From the NCBI GenBank assembly GCA_013239625.1, contig MU054400.1, forward strand, positions 727,146 to 791,145: a stretch of 64,000 bases of DNA, in the 5' to 3' direction. Of the stretch, positions 47,116 through 64,000 are shown in pieces. The notes under the pieces were generated by a model. That model did no database searches, had not been told where the DNA came from, and saw only the letters and a program-made list of their open reading frames with translations. A program made the position numbers and the translations under genes. This DNA comes from Lama guanicoe. Its lineage: Eukaryota. The first letter of the stretch is position 1; each line of letters begins with the position of its first letter.

Positions 47116-48346
47116 GCCCAAGGGCCCGTGGCTGGGAAGAGCTGGTATGGAACACAGGTGATATGGACCCAGAGCCCTGCTCCCTGAGAGGTTGCAGAGT
47201 GCTGCCTGGGGAAGGGGTCGAGGGGAGCCAGCTGGGGACAGTGGGCTTGGTTCTAGTCCAGGCTTTGCTGCATGGCTCTGTGACCCTGAGTGGGACTCTG
47301 GGCCTCAGTTTCCCCTTTACTGGTGGGTGCCTCTCTGAAACAACCCAGACCAGGCAGAGTCTCTGTTCCCACTGCTACCCTCTTCCTTACCTCAAACCGG
47401 CCCCAGGCTTGGAGACCCTGAGTCCCTGAGGAGGCCGCCCCCAGCTGCTGGGCAGACACACCCACTTGGCCCGCTTAGGACTCACACATTCTATTGGTTC
47501 TACTCGGTGTTTCAAGGTGAGCCCCCTTAGTCTCCCTGAGGGCCCCGGGGCCTCCTTTCCTCCCTTTGCACTGCCAGCATTCCCAGGCCTACGACTCAAG
47601 CCAGCTCCCTCCTCCCAGCGAGGAGGTGCAGGGCCCCGCGGAGGCCAGGACCTTCACAGACCCTCCCTTGGGGGATCAAGGGTGTCTGGCCTGCCTCTGG
47701 GGTCTCTCTTCGGGGTGTAGTAGTCCCTCCTCTCCCCTTCCCACCCCACCCAACTCTACCCCACCCACATTTCCCCAAGCCTTGGGGTGCCCCACCCAGA
47801 TTTTCAACAAACAAAATCAAGGGGAAAGAGTTAGCAAGAAGGAGGGAGCGCATTACCAGGAACTAAGGAGGAGGAATGCCCTGGGGTAAGACGGGTAGGA
47901 GAGTCACCCAGACTCTCCTAGGTGCTAGGTACACGCAGAGATGGGCTCCAAGTACACGAGATGTTCACTTAGAAGTACCCAAAAAAAGAGCCAGACACTT
48001 CGAGTCAGGCAGTGACGGAGACACACAGGAAGAGACCTCTGATCAGCCAGGGCACAGGCCCAGAGCCGCAACCAGACAGACTGAGAAAGACAGGCACACC
48101 CAGGAACACCAAGAGGTGCACACTCGCATGTGCACCACAGGGGCAGGCACACGAGGAAACCGAAACCAAACTCAGGTTTCAGGGAGGCTCATTTCAACGC
48201 AAACAAGTCAGGACTTTAAGGAAGTGTGAACTCCTCCGAGGTGGGCTGTGGAGAGCACTAGCTCAGGAGGAAGGGACAGAGGTGCGGTGTGGAATCTTGA
48301 TTCTTTCTCCAAGTCCACCTTGGAAAATGGATTAAGATATTTTCCT

Positions 48347-48448
48347 AGAGGAGAGGACAATAGCTCAGTAGTAGGATGCGTGCTTAGCATGCACGTGGTC
48401 CTGGGTTCCTCCTGGGTACCTCCATTAAAAAAAGAAGACACACACAAA
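48347..48448 (+). mobile_element. tRNA-derived SINE (Vic-1-like), diverged
   Basis: tagctcagtagtaggatgcgtgcttagcatgcacgtggtcctgggttc...acctccattaaaaaaa; degenerate TSD aagatattttcct / aagatacttccct. Confidence 0.75.
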
Positions 48449-50025
48449 AAGATACTTCCCTAAAGGTGATGAAGAGGTTTCTTTCTAGAACTTGCTATCA
48501 GTCAGAACTGCTGATAGGAGGCATATCTTAGAAGGGAGTGGGGGAGATGGGAAGGTCCTTGGCCAGGCCTTCTGCCTTCTCTGGTGGTCTGACCTTCTGT
48601 CCCGTGTTCCCATGGCTGCAGGCTCCTCTGCCCTCTATGCCTGTGCCTGTGGCCCCTCTTGTGTCTCCCTTCTATTCCTCCCAAAGCTTCCTCAAGTTAG
48701 GGCACAGTAGGCCATCACCCCACTCTTCCTCCCCTTCTCAGGCACTTCAGAATCATGGAAAGATTCTGAGGAGGAAGAGGATATTGAATTCAATGACCTT
48801 TAAAAAACAGCCTTCAGCATTTCTCCTCCACCACCAACCCACCCCCCACCCCGCTTCAGTTCTGCAGGAAAAATCACTAGGTGACATTTATTGACTATTT
48901 CCCATCCAAGGGTCACTTTGCTGTCCTTTTCATGAATTATCTTCCATGATCTCCTCCTCTCAATATCTCCCAATTCACAGATGAGGAAACTGAGGTTCAG
49001 GGAAAGAAAATGACCACCCCCAAGATCACACAGCTAGAGAGAGGCTGTGTGGCCTGGAATCCAGGTCTGACTACTCGTTCAACACCGTACCAGAGGGCCT
49101 CCCCAACCCCTGGGCTGACTGGTCAGGGTCAACTGTGGAATTTGAAAGAAAGAGATGCCAGAGAGCATGGAGCATGTTGGGGAGGAGAATAGGGTGGGGG
49201 CACCCAAAGTGGGACTGGTGTGGCTGGAATGAAACTCTGAAGCCCACATTCTCCTCTCGTGGTTTGCCCTTCCTCCCCCAGGGCCTGAGAAGGGGGCACT
49301 CCCTCTGGCTCAGATCCCTTCAACATTCCAGACACACCTCTTGGGAGCTGGGGACAAGGAGGGGTTGGAGACCTGAAAAGGAACTCCCTTCTCCCACTCG
49401 CACCTGCCCTGAGTCCAGGCTGTGTGACCATGCATTCACACCCACCCTCTCTGGGCCAAGGCCTCTTCATCTGTGAAGTGGCTGAGAAGCAAGAGTTGAC
49501 TTATTAACCATACTTAAAATCCACAATTCTCCTTCCACTCTAGGGATCTTCTGGTTCCCATGGGGTTAACTCTGCAGGAGGCTTGGGTTGGGGCCGCCTC
49601 TCCTTTTATTCCAGGTGAAACTTAAGGAGGATTCAGTAAGGAAGGAGGTGAGACAGGGCACATGATCTCCAGGTGTGATCAACCCCTTGCTTTCCTGGGC
49701 AGTCAGGGCGCCAGAGTCAGTCAGTCCACCCCCAGCCTAACTGGACACAGGGGTGCCTCAGACTGAAGAACTGAAGCACAGCTGGAGGCAGCTGTGGTCT
49801 CTGGGCTCAGATAACTTACCATAGAAATGGTGGAAGAGTGGGGAAAGGCAGGGATGAGTTCCTGGAGGACGCACTGGAGCAGATCTGGAGGATTGTAAGG
49901 AGTGGGCAGTGAGGTTGGGAAGGCACAGGAGCATACAAAGTAGGGGTCGGGGTGTGGAGCTTTGTGAGGGGAGGGGCGGGGACCAGAGCCAGGTCCTGGA
50001 GGACCTGAATGCAGTATGGAGGGTT

Positions 50026-50107
50026 GGGTTGTTTTTTTTTTTAACTGAGCTATAGTAAGTGTACAATGTTGTGTCAATTTCGAGTGCAGAGCACAGATTT
50101 TCAGTCA
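50026..50107 (-). mobile_element. Very short LINE-1 3' terminus downstream of the AQP3 poly(A) site
   Basis: Poly-T then tacaatgttgtgtcaatttc; 13-bp TSD agtatggagggtt at 50013-50025 and 50108-50120. Confidence 0.75.
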
Positions 50108-50632
50108 AGTATGGAGGGTTTTGGGTGGCAGGGAGAGCCATGGAAAGAAGCCCACTTTCAGCAGGGGTTTCAGAAAAATCCCTCTGGTTGCTGTATGGAC
50201 TGATTGGGGCAGTCATACATGCTAAGGGGACTGTGGCCAAGGTCTAGTTGGAGGCGATGGAGCTGATTGGTCTCCTCCAGCAACAGGGAGCTCACTGCTT
50301 CTTAGGTAGCAGTCATCCCCTTTGGGCAGCTCTGCCTGGGAGAAAGGTCTTTCCTAGGACAGGCTTCAGCATGCCTTCCTGGGACAGTGGGTGGTGTAAG
50401 GATCAGGAAGGAGATGTTATTCTTTATGCCGGGGGCTCCCAGGAGGATGGAAGTGCGGGATCACCTGGTTCAAGCTGAGCTGTCTGTGTGAGGGGCCTGC
50501 ACCCCCAGGGCAGGTTCACGTACTACCCTTAGGGTGCCCTGGCTATCTGTGGCCAGACTCACTGAAGCTCCTTAACTGGCCCCAGAAAAACAGCAGAGCA
50601 AGTGGAGAGATATTTAAACAATTGGTATACAT

Positions 50633-50638
50633 TTTATT
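50633..50638 (-). terminator. AQP3: AQP3 polyadenylation signal AATAAA
   Basis: tttatt on the plus strand, ~810 nt past the stop codon, at the end of an AU-rich stretch. Confidence 0.75.
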
Positions 50639-51444
50639 GGTTTTTTTTATAAAAGGCAAAAGAGTACATGTGTTGAGTGGAGGATTAAAAGAGTGAAGAC
50701 CTATTTAGACTCTCCCAACCCCATCCCTAAAGCTGTAACATCTGCGCTATATATATATACATTTTTTTTTTAAGAGCAAACATGAAACTTATGACCTGGA
50801 CTTCACCCCACCCCTTTCATGCCTCCTTTGTGACAGAAACACGTCACTCTTCTCCTACTTATGTATGAATAGCCAGAGCTCCACACCTGGGCTGTGATCC
50901 TCTCCTCCCAGCCCTACTCATATTCCCACCCTACCTCCCCCAAACACCCCGACGTAGAAAAAAGCGCAGACACACACATACTCAGAAACACATGTCTGGA
51001 CCCTTCTCCACATGGAGCCCCTGTAACATGCAGACCCCTGGCCTTTTCCTCACTCATAGACAGACATGTCACCTTCCCCCTTCCTCTCACCCACTCTCCT
51101 GCAGCTAGAATCCTTTCTACTTGGTCCCTTGCCCTGAATATCTGGAAAACCACACACCCGCACATGCACACACACTCACACACCTGCAGTCTGTTCTCTC
51201 TCTTTGGGAGACAAAGGGCTGTATTGGCCCTACTCCCTGTCCCAACACAGCTCAAGGGCAGTGGCCAATGGTCCTACTGGGGCAGGATGGAAGATCCCAA
51301 AGGGGGCTGTTCAGAGGGGTGGTGGTATACAAGCAGCTTCCTAGCCTGAGAGAGGGGTCATAAAGCGCGGCTTCTAGGGAGCAGCCCCTGTACAGTCAAT
51401 GAATGCTCAAGGGAGGAGGCAGGGGGCAGATGGCCCCTGCCCCT

Positions 51445-56458
<5,014 letters not shown>

Positions 56459-57691
56459 GGAGAGCGGGAAGCACGCGCCCCGCCCGCCCGCCCGCCCGCA
56501 ACCCCGCCCGCCAAGCCCCGTGCCGGCCGCAGAAGTGGGCGCCACCCCTCAGCTGGCCTGGGGAGACGGGGGAGGGAGGGGGAACTTGGGTGTGAGGGGC
56601 CTTTAGGGCGAGGCTTGGCCCCGGAGGGCACTTAGGGGAGGAGATGTCTCGGGGCTGAGAGCCAATGGTCCGGTAGAGGCACGTGCAGGACCAGGGCTGG
56701 GGAAAAGGAGCCGCCAGAGATCTCCCTGGCCCTCGCACAGTGAGCCTCGCTGCCATGCCCACCGCGGTGGGGCTGAGAGGAGACATGTCATAAAGGAAAG
56801 GAGCTGGCCCCAGCTCTGCAGCACAGCTGGACCCAGCATATACTCAGTCAGGGGCTTAGAGGGAGGAGGCTGTGGGTCCCAAGAGAGAAGAGACTCTCTC
56901 ATAGACCAGACCCAGGTGGACACTGGCAAAACCTGTGCTGAGTTCCAGCCAGTGTTCACCAGTCCTTGCTCCTCCTGCTGTTAGTTCATGTCACATGTTG
57001 CACGGCTGACCAGCTTTGTCCTCAGCTGTGTCCACACATGACATCTGTCCTATGTTTCTGATCACACTTTCTGGGCACTTCTCCTGTCTGTGTACATGCC
57101 TGTGGAACATGGCTGGATTAACAGAGGTTGACACACGTGTACCTGTGTGCAATTTGCACATGGCTCCAGAGGCTGAGCTGCAGTTGTCCTGACAGGCCAC
57201 ATGCTTGCCAGCAGCGTAAGTCCCAGATGTTTTTAACCCTCTCTTCCCCTACTCTGGCTGATCCCTGGCCAGGGGCAAGTCTGTCTTTTTAAGCAATTAA
57301 GCTGGCTGAAATGAGGAGATCAGTCCCATCAGAGGAGGGGGATGGGCAACCCCGCTCCCTCTGCTGCATCTAATAATTGGGAAACTGAGGTCTGGTAGCC
57401 TGGGCCCTACTCCCACAGGACTGGGAGCAAATATACCCTCACCCAGTCTCTAAGGCAGCATTGCCAGAGAAGACCACATTTTCCAAAGAAACTTAATCCA
57501 AGTGGGCTAAGAGCCCTGGGGATTTGTCTCTTGAGGAATGGCTGTCAGAAATGATGGCTCCACACATGCAGGTGTGCACACACATACCCCCTAAGACTGG
57601 AAGCCTTACTTGCCTATAGATACTAAGCTTTGTTCACATGTTCATGGAATCCCATTCACATGAGAGCCTGGCCATAGGCTCACACATTTAT

Positions 57692-57804
57692 TTGTTTTGG
57701 GCTGGGGGTAATAATTTATTTATTTTAATGGAGGTACTAGGGACTGAACCCAGGACCCTGTGCAAGCTAAGCATGTGCTCTACCACTGAGCTATACCCTC
57801 CCCT
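57692..57804 (-). mobile_element. tRNA-derived SINE (Vic-1-like) upstream of AQP3
   Basis: Same SINE body; perfect 14-bp TSD gctcacacatttat at 57678-57691 and 57805-57818. Confidence 0.88.
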
Positions 57805-60800
57805 GCTCACACATTTATGTAACCCCCACACACACAAGGTCTCCCATGATCCTTGGCCTATGGAGAAGCACCCTACCCCCTGGGCCCCCAAGGGCTGGGA
57901 GGCCCCATGGTGAATCAGGAAGCCATCACCAAGTGCCTGCCTGCGGCCCCACTGCTCATCTGACTCAAGACAGAACCCTAGACTGCCAGTGCCAGAGCCC
58001 AGATTGTGGGAAGGGGGCACACCCCCTGCCATGCTGCCCTCTCTCCTTCCCACACCCTGGTACGCTTTTCAGCCCCTCAACTGCCTCAGGTGGGGCTGCA
58101 GAGGCAGCACGGGGCAGGAGCTGGCAGAAGGGGCTCTTCAACATTGAAAGAAAGTGGGGAACCCCAGCACACAGCACCTCACCCTCACCCTGCCTGATCC
58201 TCAGCCTGCCAGCAGCCAAGCCTGGCCTGGGAACCAGAGCAGAGGAGAAAAATGGGCAGCTCTGCCATCATCAGGCACACACAAGGCCCTCCCTGTATAT
58301 ATGTGTTTGCACTCAGTTCACATAGGTGCTCACGTGTGCTGTACCCAGAGGGAATACGTCACACACACAACCGTGAATTCGTGTATCTAGTTCATACTAA
58401 GTAGCATTTCTTTTCACATGTGCACCTACATGTACTCACACATGTGTGCACTTGTGTATATGCTATATACCTATAATCCCAGGGCTAGAGCAACTTGGTG
58501 ACCTGGCCCTCCACAGTGGAGGCAGTGCTATCCCAAGACACAGGCTTGGTAAGTGGAACAACAGCTGGTTCCTAACAACCCCTGGCCCCAAATCAAGGCC
58601 CAGTCTTCAGGACCATGACCCCATGTACTCCCACCAAACTCATTCCTGTCTGTAACTAGTGTGTACACACACGTTCGTACGTGTACACACCATGCACATT
58701 GGGATGGGTTAGGGTTGGAGATGAGAAGGTGTGGGTAGGGCTCATGCTTCTTAGTGGGCCTGAGAGGACCCTGCCTGGAGGAGGGGGAAGAATGCAGTGC
58801 CTTCCAAGGGTCCCTTATTCCTGTCAGCCCTTCTGGGGTCATCTGGGATTAAGAGGGGTCAGGGCCTCTCTTGCTTGTTCAGAAGCACCAGGCCGGCCTG
58901 AGTTTGGGGGACAGAAGCAGGACCTCATCTCACAACTAGATGCTGGCAATGGGGTGGGGTAGGGGCTCATTCTCTTTGTAGTCAATGTGAATGGCGCCCC
59001 CTGGAGCAAACGTCAGAAGGAAGCTGGGCTTCACCGGAAAAGCCTGAGCTTGGTGAGGCAGGCTGTGACCCTGAGTCACACAGCTTACCCAGGGCCCTCT
59101 GGGCTTCCTCTTGTGCCTTGGGAAGGAAAGTCAGGGCTGAGTGCAGGCTGGGAGCTCCTGAAGGAGGCAGGTGAGGATGCCCCACCTCCTCCCAAGGCAC
59201 CTTGAGCAAGCTCTGTGTCTCACCTGGGCGGGAGGGCTGAGGGCGGGAGGGCTGAGCCCGGGAAGGGGCCCCGACAGCCCATCCACCCAGTGGTACACCG
59301 TGACTCCTTGAGGTCAGAGCTGGGGGGTGGGTTCCCAGGCAAGGGAAGGGCTGAAGACGCAAGTCCCAGCCTGTTGGACCAGAGGGGCTGGCTGGGGCCC
59401 CGTAAGGGTTGGGGGTGGCACACCCTTCATTTCCTGCCCCCCAAACTCTTTGCCTGAACGGGAACAGCTCAAACCGGCAAAGAAGGAGACATGGGCCTTG
59501 CTGTCAGCAAGTGGGGTGGAGAAGAGTGTAGACATAGAAAACAAATCATACTACAGTCCCCAAACCCCTAACCTCTTCTGGACCATTAGAGTGGGATGGG
59601 GGAGGAGCAGACCAAAAGAGACATACAGACATTTTCAAGTTAAGAAAGTGCTTCTCCTGTTTGCAAAGCAACCCCTAGAAGTGAGTGTATTTTCCCCTGT
59701 CACAGATGACAAAACTCTCATTTCGAGAGAAGTCACCTGCTAGGGTCTCACTCAGCCACTAAGTGTTGAGGTGGATTCAGACCCCACGGGGATGGGGAGG
59801 AGAGGTGAAGGGGGCAGAGAGGCCAGGGAGCCACAGGTCCTTCCACACTTGAGCGCCCTGTCTAGAGTGTGTCCCACTCTTAGGTCACTGCTGGACTCTA
59901 CTTCTGCTTCTGGGCCTCGAGAGTGGGGGGCTGCCTCTGGACTGGAACAGGGAGTGGAGAGCAGAGATGAATCACCCTATTATAAACGTCCCCACACTGA
60001 GGGGCCGGCAAGCAGCTCCTCCTGCTGCACCAACAGTCACCCCCTGTCTTCAGACAGATGAGATGGCAGAGAGCCCGTGAACACAAACTGTCCCCTCCGG
60101 CATCTCCGGCCAGATGTCCAGCTGGAAGTTGAGAAAATCTACCTTTTGACCCATATCCTGGGGGCTCTGGGTTCACCTTCTGGTGCCCCTGAGCTGCCCT
60201 TGGCATCCTTTGAAGACAATAGAGGATCATAGAGAAGAGGCAAAGAGAGGGGATGGAGGCCCAGACCCTATGCTGAGGAAGGGCTCAGAGTCACAGGGGC
60301 TAGGCTATGGGGGCAGAGCCCTCTTGCAGACCCAGAATCTCAGCTCCAAGCCTGGCTTGGCCACTGGCCTGTCAGGTGGCTTAGCCAGCTCTCTTCCCCC
60401 ACCGCTCAGTTTCAGTTTCTTCATCAGTCACCTGGAGGTTTCAGGTGGAGTCCCCCCAACCCCCTCCCTCCCCCAGGGCCTCTGTAAGAATCAGACAAGA
60501 TTACCAATATTTCAGGCTTTGAAAACTGTATTACACAGTCAGCATAGAAGGAAAGTTTCTTTCCAGAAGCTATGTGAATATCCATGTGCTTCCATGTGTG
60601 TTCTTGGCTGTACGTACATGTGTATCCATAGAGTTCTCTGTGTACATGCAGGTGACCAGGGAGTCTATGCACATATCTGTAAGTGTCCCTGTCTGGGCTT
60701 GGCTGTGGGTCTGGGTCCAGTGTTTAAAAAGCTAGAGATAGAAGACAGGGATCTGTTGAACAATCTGGAGACAAAGTGACCTGTGCATGATGAGAGGGTT

Positions 60801-63800
60801 TGGAGTGGGATTTAGGAGGCAGAGTGGGCAGGGCAGGTAGGCAGGATGCTGAAGTTGGAGGCAGGCAGAACTGAGTAGACAGGAAGCTGAACCTGAGGTG
60901 GGGCCCAGAACAACTGCTCTCTGAGAGGCCTGTGGTCTGAAGAGGGGGTGGGGGGGACAGGCCATGGAACCCTCTGCATCTGGTGTTCCATAAAGGTGAT
61001 GGGTGTGTTTGAGCCCAGTATCCTTTCCCCTCATCCCAGCCCAGTCTGGGTACTAATTATAGGGGAGCCACCAGCTGCTGGCCATAAGGGGGAGGAGTCA
61101 CAGGGGACTGCTCCAGAGGAGGGGACAGGATGCAGCAGAAGATTCTGCGGTCAGACTTCAGAAATGACTTCCTGCTCTTTAGACCTTAGGTTAGTGGGAA
61201 CTGAGCTCTAAGGAGACCCCATTGGTTGGGAGATAGGGGTGGGGGTGTTGTAGAGGGAGACTGGGGAAAGGCCAAGATGGCACACCTACTCTCATTTTCA
61301 TCCAGACCATTTGGTGATCAAGTGGAACAGGGGCTGGATCTCAGTGCCCCCTCACCCCCTCAGTCATGGTCCAACCTTGACCTTGTCAGTCTCTAGGAGG
61401 CCCCAGCTCTGTCCTGTGGAGGTTTCTAGCCTGAGACAATAGAGAGAGCTCCCGGCCAGGGGAACAGAGACTTAAGCTTGAGCTGAGGTGTACCAGAGTG
61501 CTCCCGCTCCCACCCCTACCCCTACCCTTGATCCTGCTCTTCTGGCTAATGACAGCTTCATCCAGCTGCCTGGGTCAGGAGAGGGGCAAGGCTGGCAGGC
61601 AGCCCAGACAGGGGAGGCGGCCCAGCTTTTCACTCCTCCCTGCCTCATTGGAGACATCCGGAGCTGCGGCCTCCCCACTCTTTAATTCCTCCTCACCTGA
61701 CCCCTTGGCCCCAGGTAAGCCCAGGCTCAGCAGCCTTGCTGGAGCCTAGTTGCCTAGATTCTCTGTAACTCCCTGTGTGACCCTGGACAAGTTCCTACAC
61801 CTCTCTGGGTCTCTTGCAAACCAGAAAAATTATCCTCTCCATCCCTCTTCCAGAAACTGAAGTGGGAGAGGAAAGTGAGTCTTCCTCTGGGTTTGGAATA
61901 CCCTGGTCCCCCTTAGTTCCCTGGAGCCTCCTTCTCTCTGCAGCAGAGGGATGGGCAGGCTGGCCTTTCCTGGGAGGGTAGGAGTGACTCACGTGCCTCA
62001 GGCTTCCCCTCCCCTTTATCACTTACCTGGATTAACGTGTGACTCACAAAGCAAGTACTGGATGTTGGGGGGAGGTTAGATGCATATTTATTGGGGGGGA
62101 AATTGTGGGAGGGGCTCAGACTAGCCCAAATCTGATTTAATAGGTCAGGGACTGGTCAACTCTCTGAACTTCATTGACTGTAATCTGCTGCAAGGACCCC
62201 TAGGCTTTTTCTCTAAAGGATGGAGCTGGGCAGAGGAAAACAGGGTCTTCAGCTAAAAGGATTCCACTTTAGAGGAGGTTGTCAGATACCACACCCGGAA
62301 GGGTGGTCCAATTCCCTTTGAGAATTCACTAAGTGTAACTACATAGAGAAGCTTAGAAAGGCTGAAAGAACTGGGGAAACTGAAACCCCAGGAAGGGGAG
62401 GGCTTTATTTAAAACCATTTGAAGTTACAGGAAAATACAAAAAAACAAAAAATAAAGTTACAGGAAGGAATCCAGAGTTCCTGCCTCCTGACAGCTTTTT
62501 CTCCTGACTTGCTCTTTAAAAACAGAGCAGATTTTGCCTTTTACAGCAACCCGGAGCTGGAGGCAAAAACCTGCACACACAGACTAGAGTATACTGATAT
62601 GCACACGCACTCTCCCAACCCCACAGCACACAAATCACACCATACAACAGATGCAGACACACCCATCTGCGTCCACCTGCAAAGTTAAATGCAGAGGCCC
62701 ACAGGGGCAGACGCACCCATGGACTGTGTCAACCACATCCCCCTGAACACCCTTGCTCCCGCAGGAGTTCCTTCTAAGCTGTTCTTCTTCCCTTCCCCTG
62801 AGGTTCTAGCTCCTCATGCCACCCCCCCATTCCCCAAAGTCACGTTAGACCACACCAGCCTCCTCACCTACTTCCCAGAGAAAATCCCAAGGACAACAGG
62901 TTGGAGCAGGCATTGAAATTGGAGCGTGGGCTTCCTGCTCCCCCAACTCCCCAACCTGAAGGGAGTACAGAAGGTATGGTGCAGCTCCTTGGGTTTCTGA
63001 GTGATCTACCCCCTTCCCTTGCCACACTTGACAAAGCCATTATCTGGCTCATTTTACAGATGAGGAGGCTGAGCCCAGAAACGGGAAGTGACTTGCCTAG
63101 GATCACATGAGGAGGTACCAGGGCCAAGGGTCATTCTTCTGATTGGGACTGGGGTCTGCACTTCTTGGAGCCACCGACTTGCCTAGGAGCAGATTCCACC
63201 TCCGCCCTGCTCTGGGTTTGTGAAGGAAGGGATGGGCCTGGGGATGAAACTAGCCAGCATCCCCTGCCCACGGAGGGACTGTGGACAAATTGTGTGAGGG
63301 ACCAAGGAAAGGGGAGGCCGAGAAGCCAGGGACAGCCACAGACTGCGGAGCTCAGTGAGGCCTGGGGCTGCCTCTCTTTCAGTGAAAATACACCCTGGCA
63401 CACTGAGGTCTGGAGTTCATGAATAAACAGCACAGGTAGAGAGATGGATGCAGACCTCAGTTCACACAGCCAATTTGCTATGCTAATTTCAACCCCAGGC
63501 CAAGCTGACCCATGACAGTGACAGAGACTGGCATAGGTTCACAAAGAGTAACAGAATTGGGACAAAATTGGAGACCAGAGCCCCATGTATGGCCAAGCAT
63601 CTTCAGGATGAAGCCGTTGCCCTCTACAAACTGGCCCCCCACTGGCACTGAACCTGTTAAAATGAGGATCATGAGGATAAGCAAGTGCTTCATAGGGCTG
63701 ATAGGATTGTATGATCCATTTTGATACATAAGATGTGTAAAATAACAAAGGGTGCCCAAGGCTTATTAGGCAGGCACTCAATAAACATCTACTTTTTATT

Positions 63801-64000
63801 ATCTCTCAGGCCTGTCTTTCACCATCACCCTACTCATTCTAGGCAGCGATCACAAAATATGATTCTCTTTTCCTTGATGTCTTCTGGTGTCCTTCCCCGC
63901 CCTCCATCTGCACATGCCTCTTCTGCACACACCTGTATCCTACTTGAGCAGAGCACTATACGGGTGCCACAAAGATGCCAAGAAATCTATGTTCAAACAT

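Noticed and set aside
45763..51153. TonE/NFAT5-like TGGAAANNYNY matches (45763, 48756, 51143)
   Set aside because: About eight such matches are expected by chance in 64 kb over both strands, and these are not clustered at the promoter.
57000..64000. Possible exons of the expected neighbouring genes (NOL6 here, NFX1 at the window start)
   Set aside because: No recognisable coding exons; the neighbours probably lie outside the window.

Overview
Mammalian (intron-exon) genomic DNA, not prokaryotic. It holds two complete, intact aquaglyceroporin genes in tandem on the minus strand. AQP3 has 6 coding exons (CDS 56369->51445, 292 aa) and a TATA/GC-box CpG-rich promoter. AQP7 has a non-coding exon 1 at ~22116-21974 plus 7 coding exons (CDS 20827->8438, 341 aa, NAA/NPS motifs) and a DR1/PPRE in its promoter. 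Every intron I reconstructed has GT-AG ends and preserves the frame. The rest is intronic or intergenic DNA with old mammalian repeats (L2, MIR, hAT MERs, MaLR) and younger ones (L1 3' ends, a solo LTR, seven copies of a tRNA-derived SINE). The SINE resembles the camelid Vic-1 type, so the source is probably a camel or alpaca (inference). I see no new multi-gene system, and nearly all ORF-track entries outside the exons are noise. The most interesting details are: AQP3 Tyr124->Phe at a residue implicated in pH gating; a strong-Kozak uORF in the AQP7 5' UTR; candidate enhancer motif clusters; a G4-capable (CCCG)n tract in the AQP3 promoter; and a three-level transposon nest. Comparisons with human proteins and repeat family names come from memory and need alignment or RepeatMasker confirmation.
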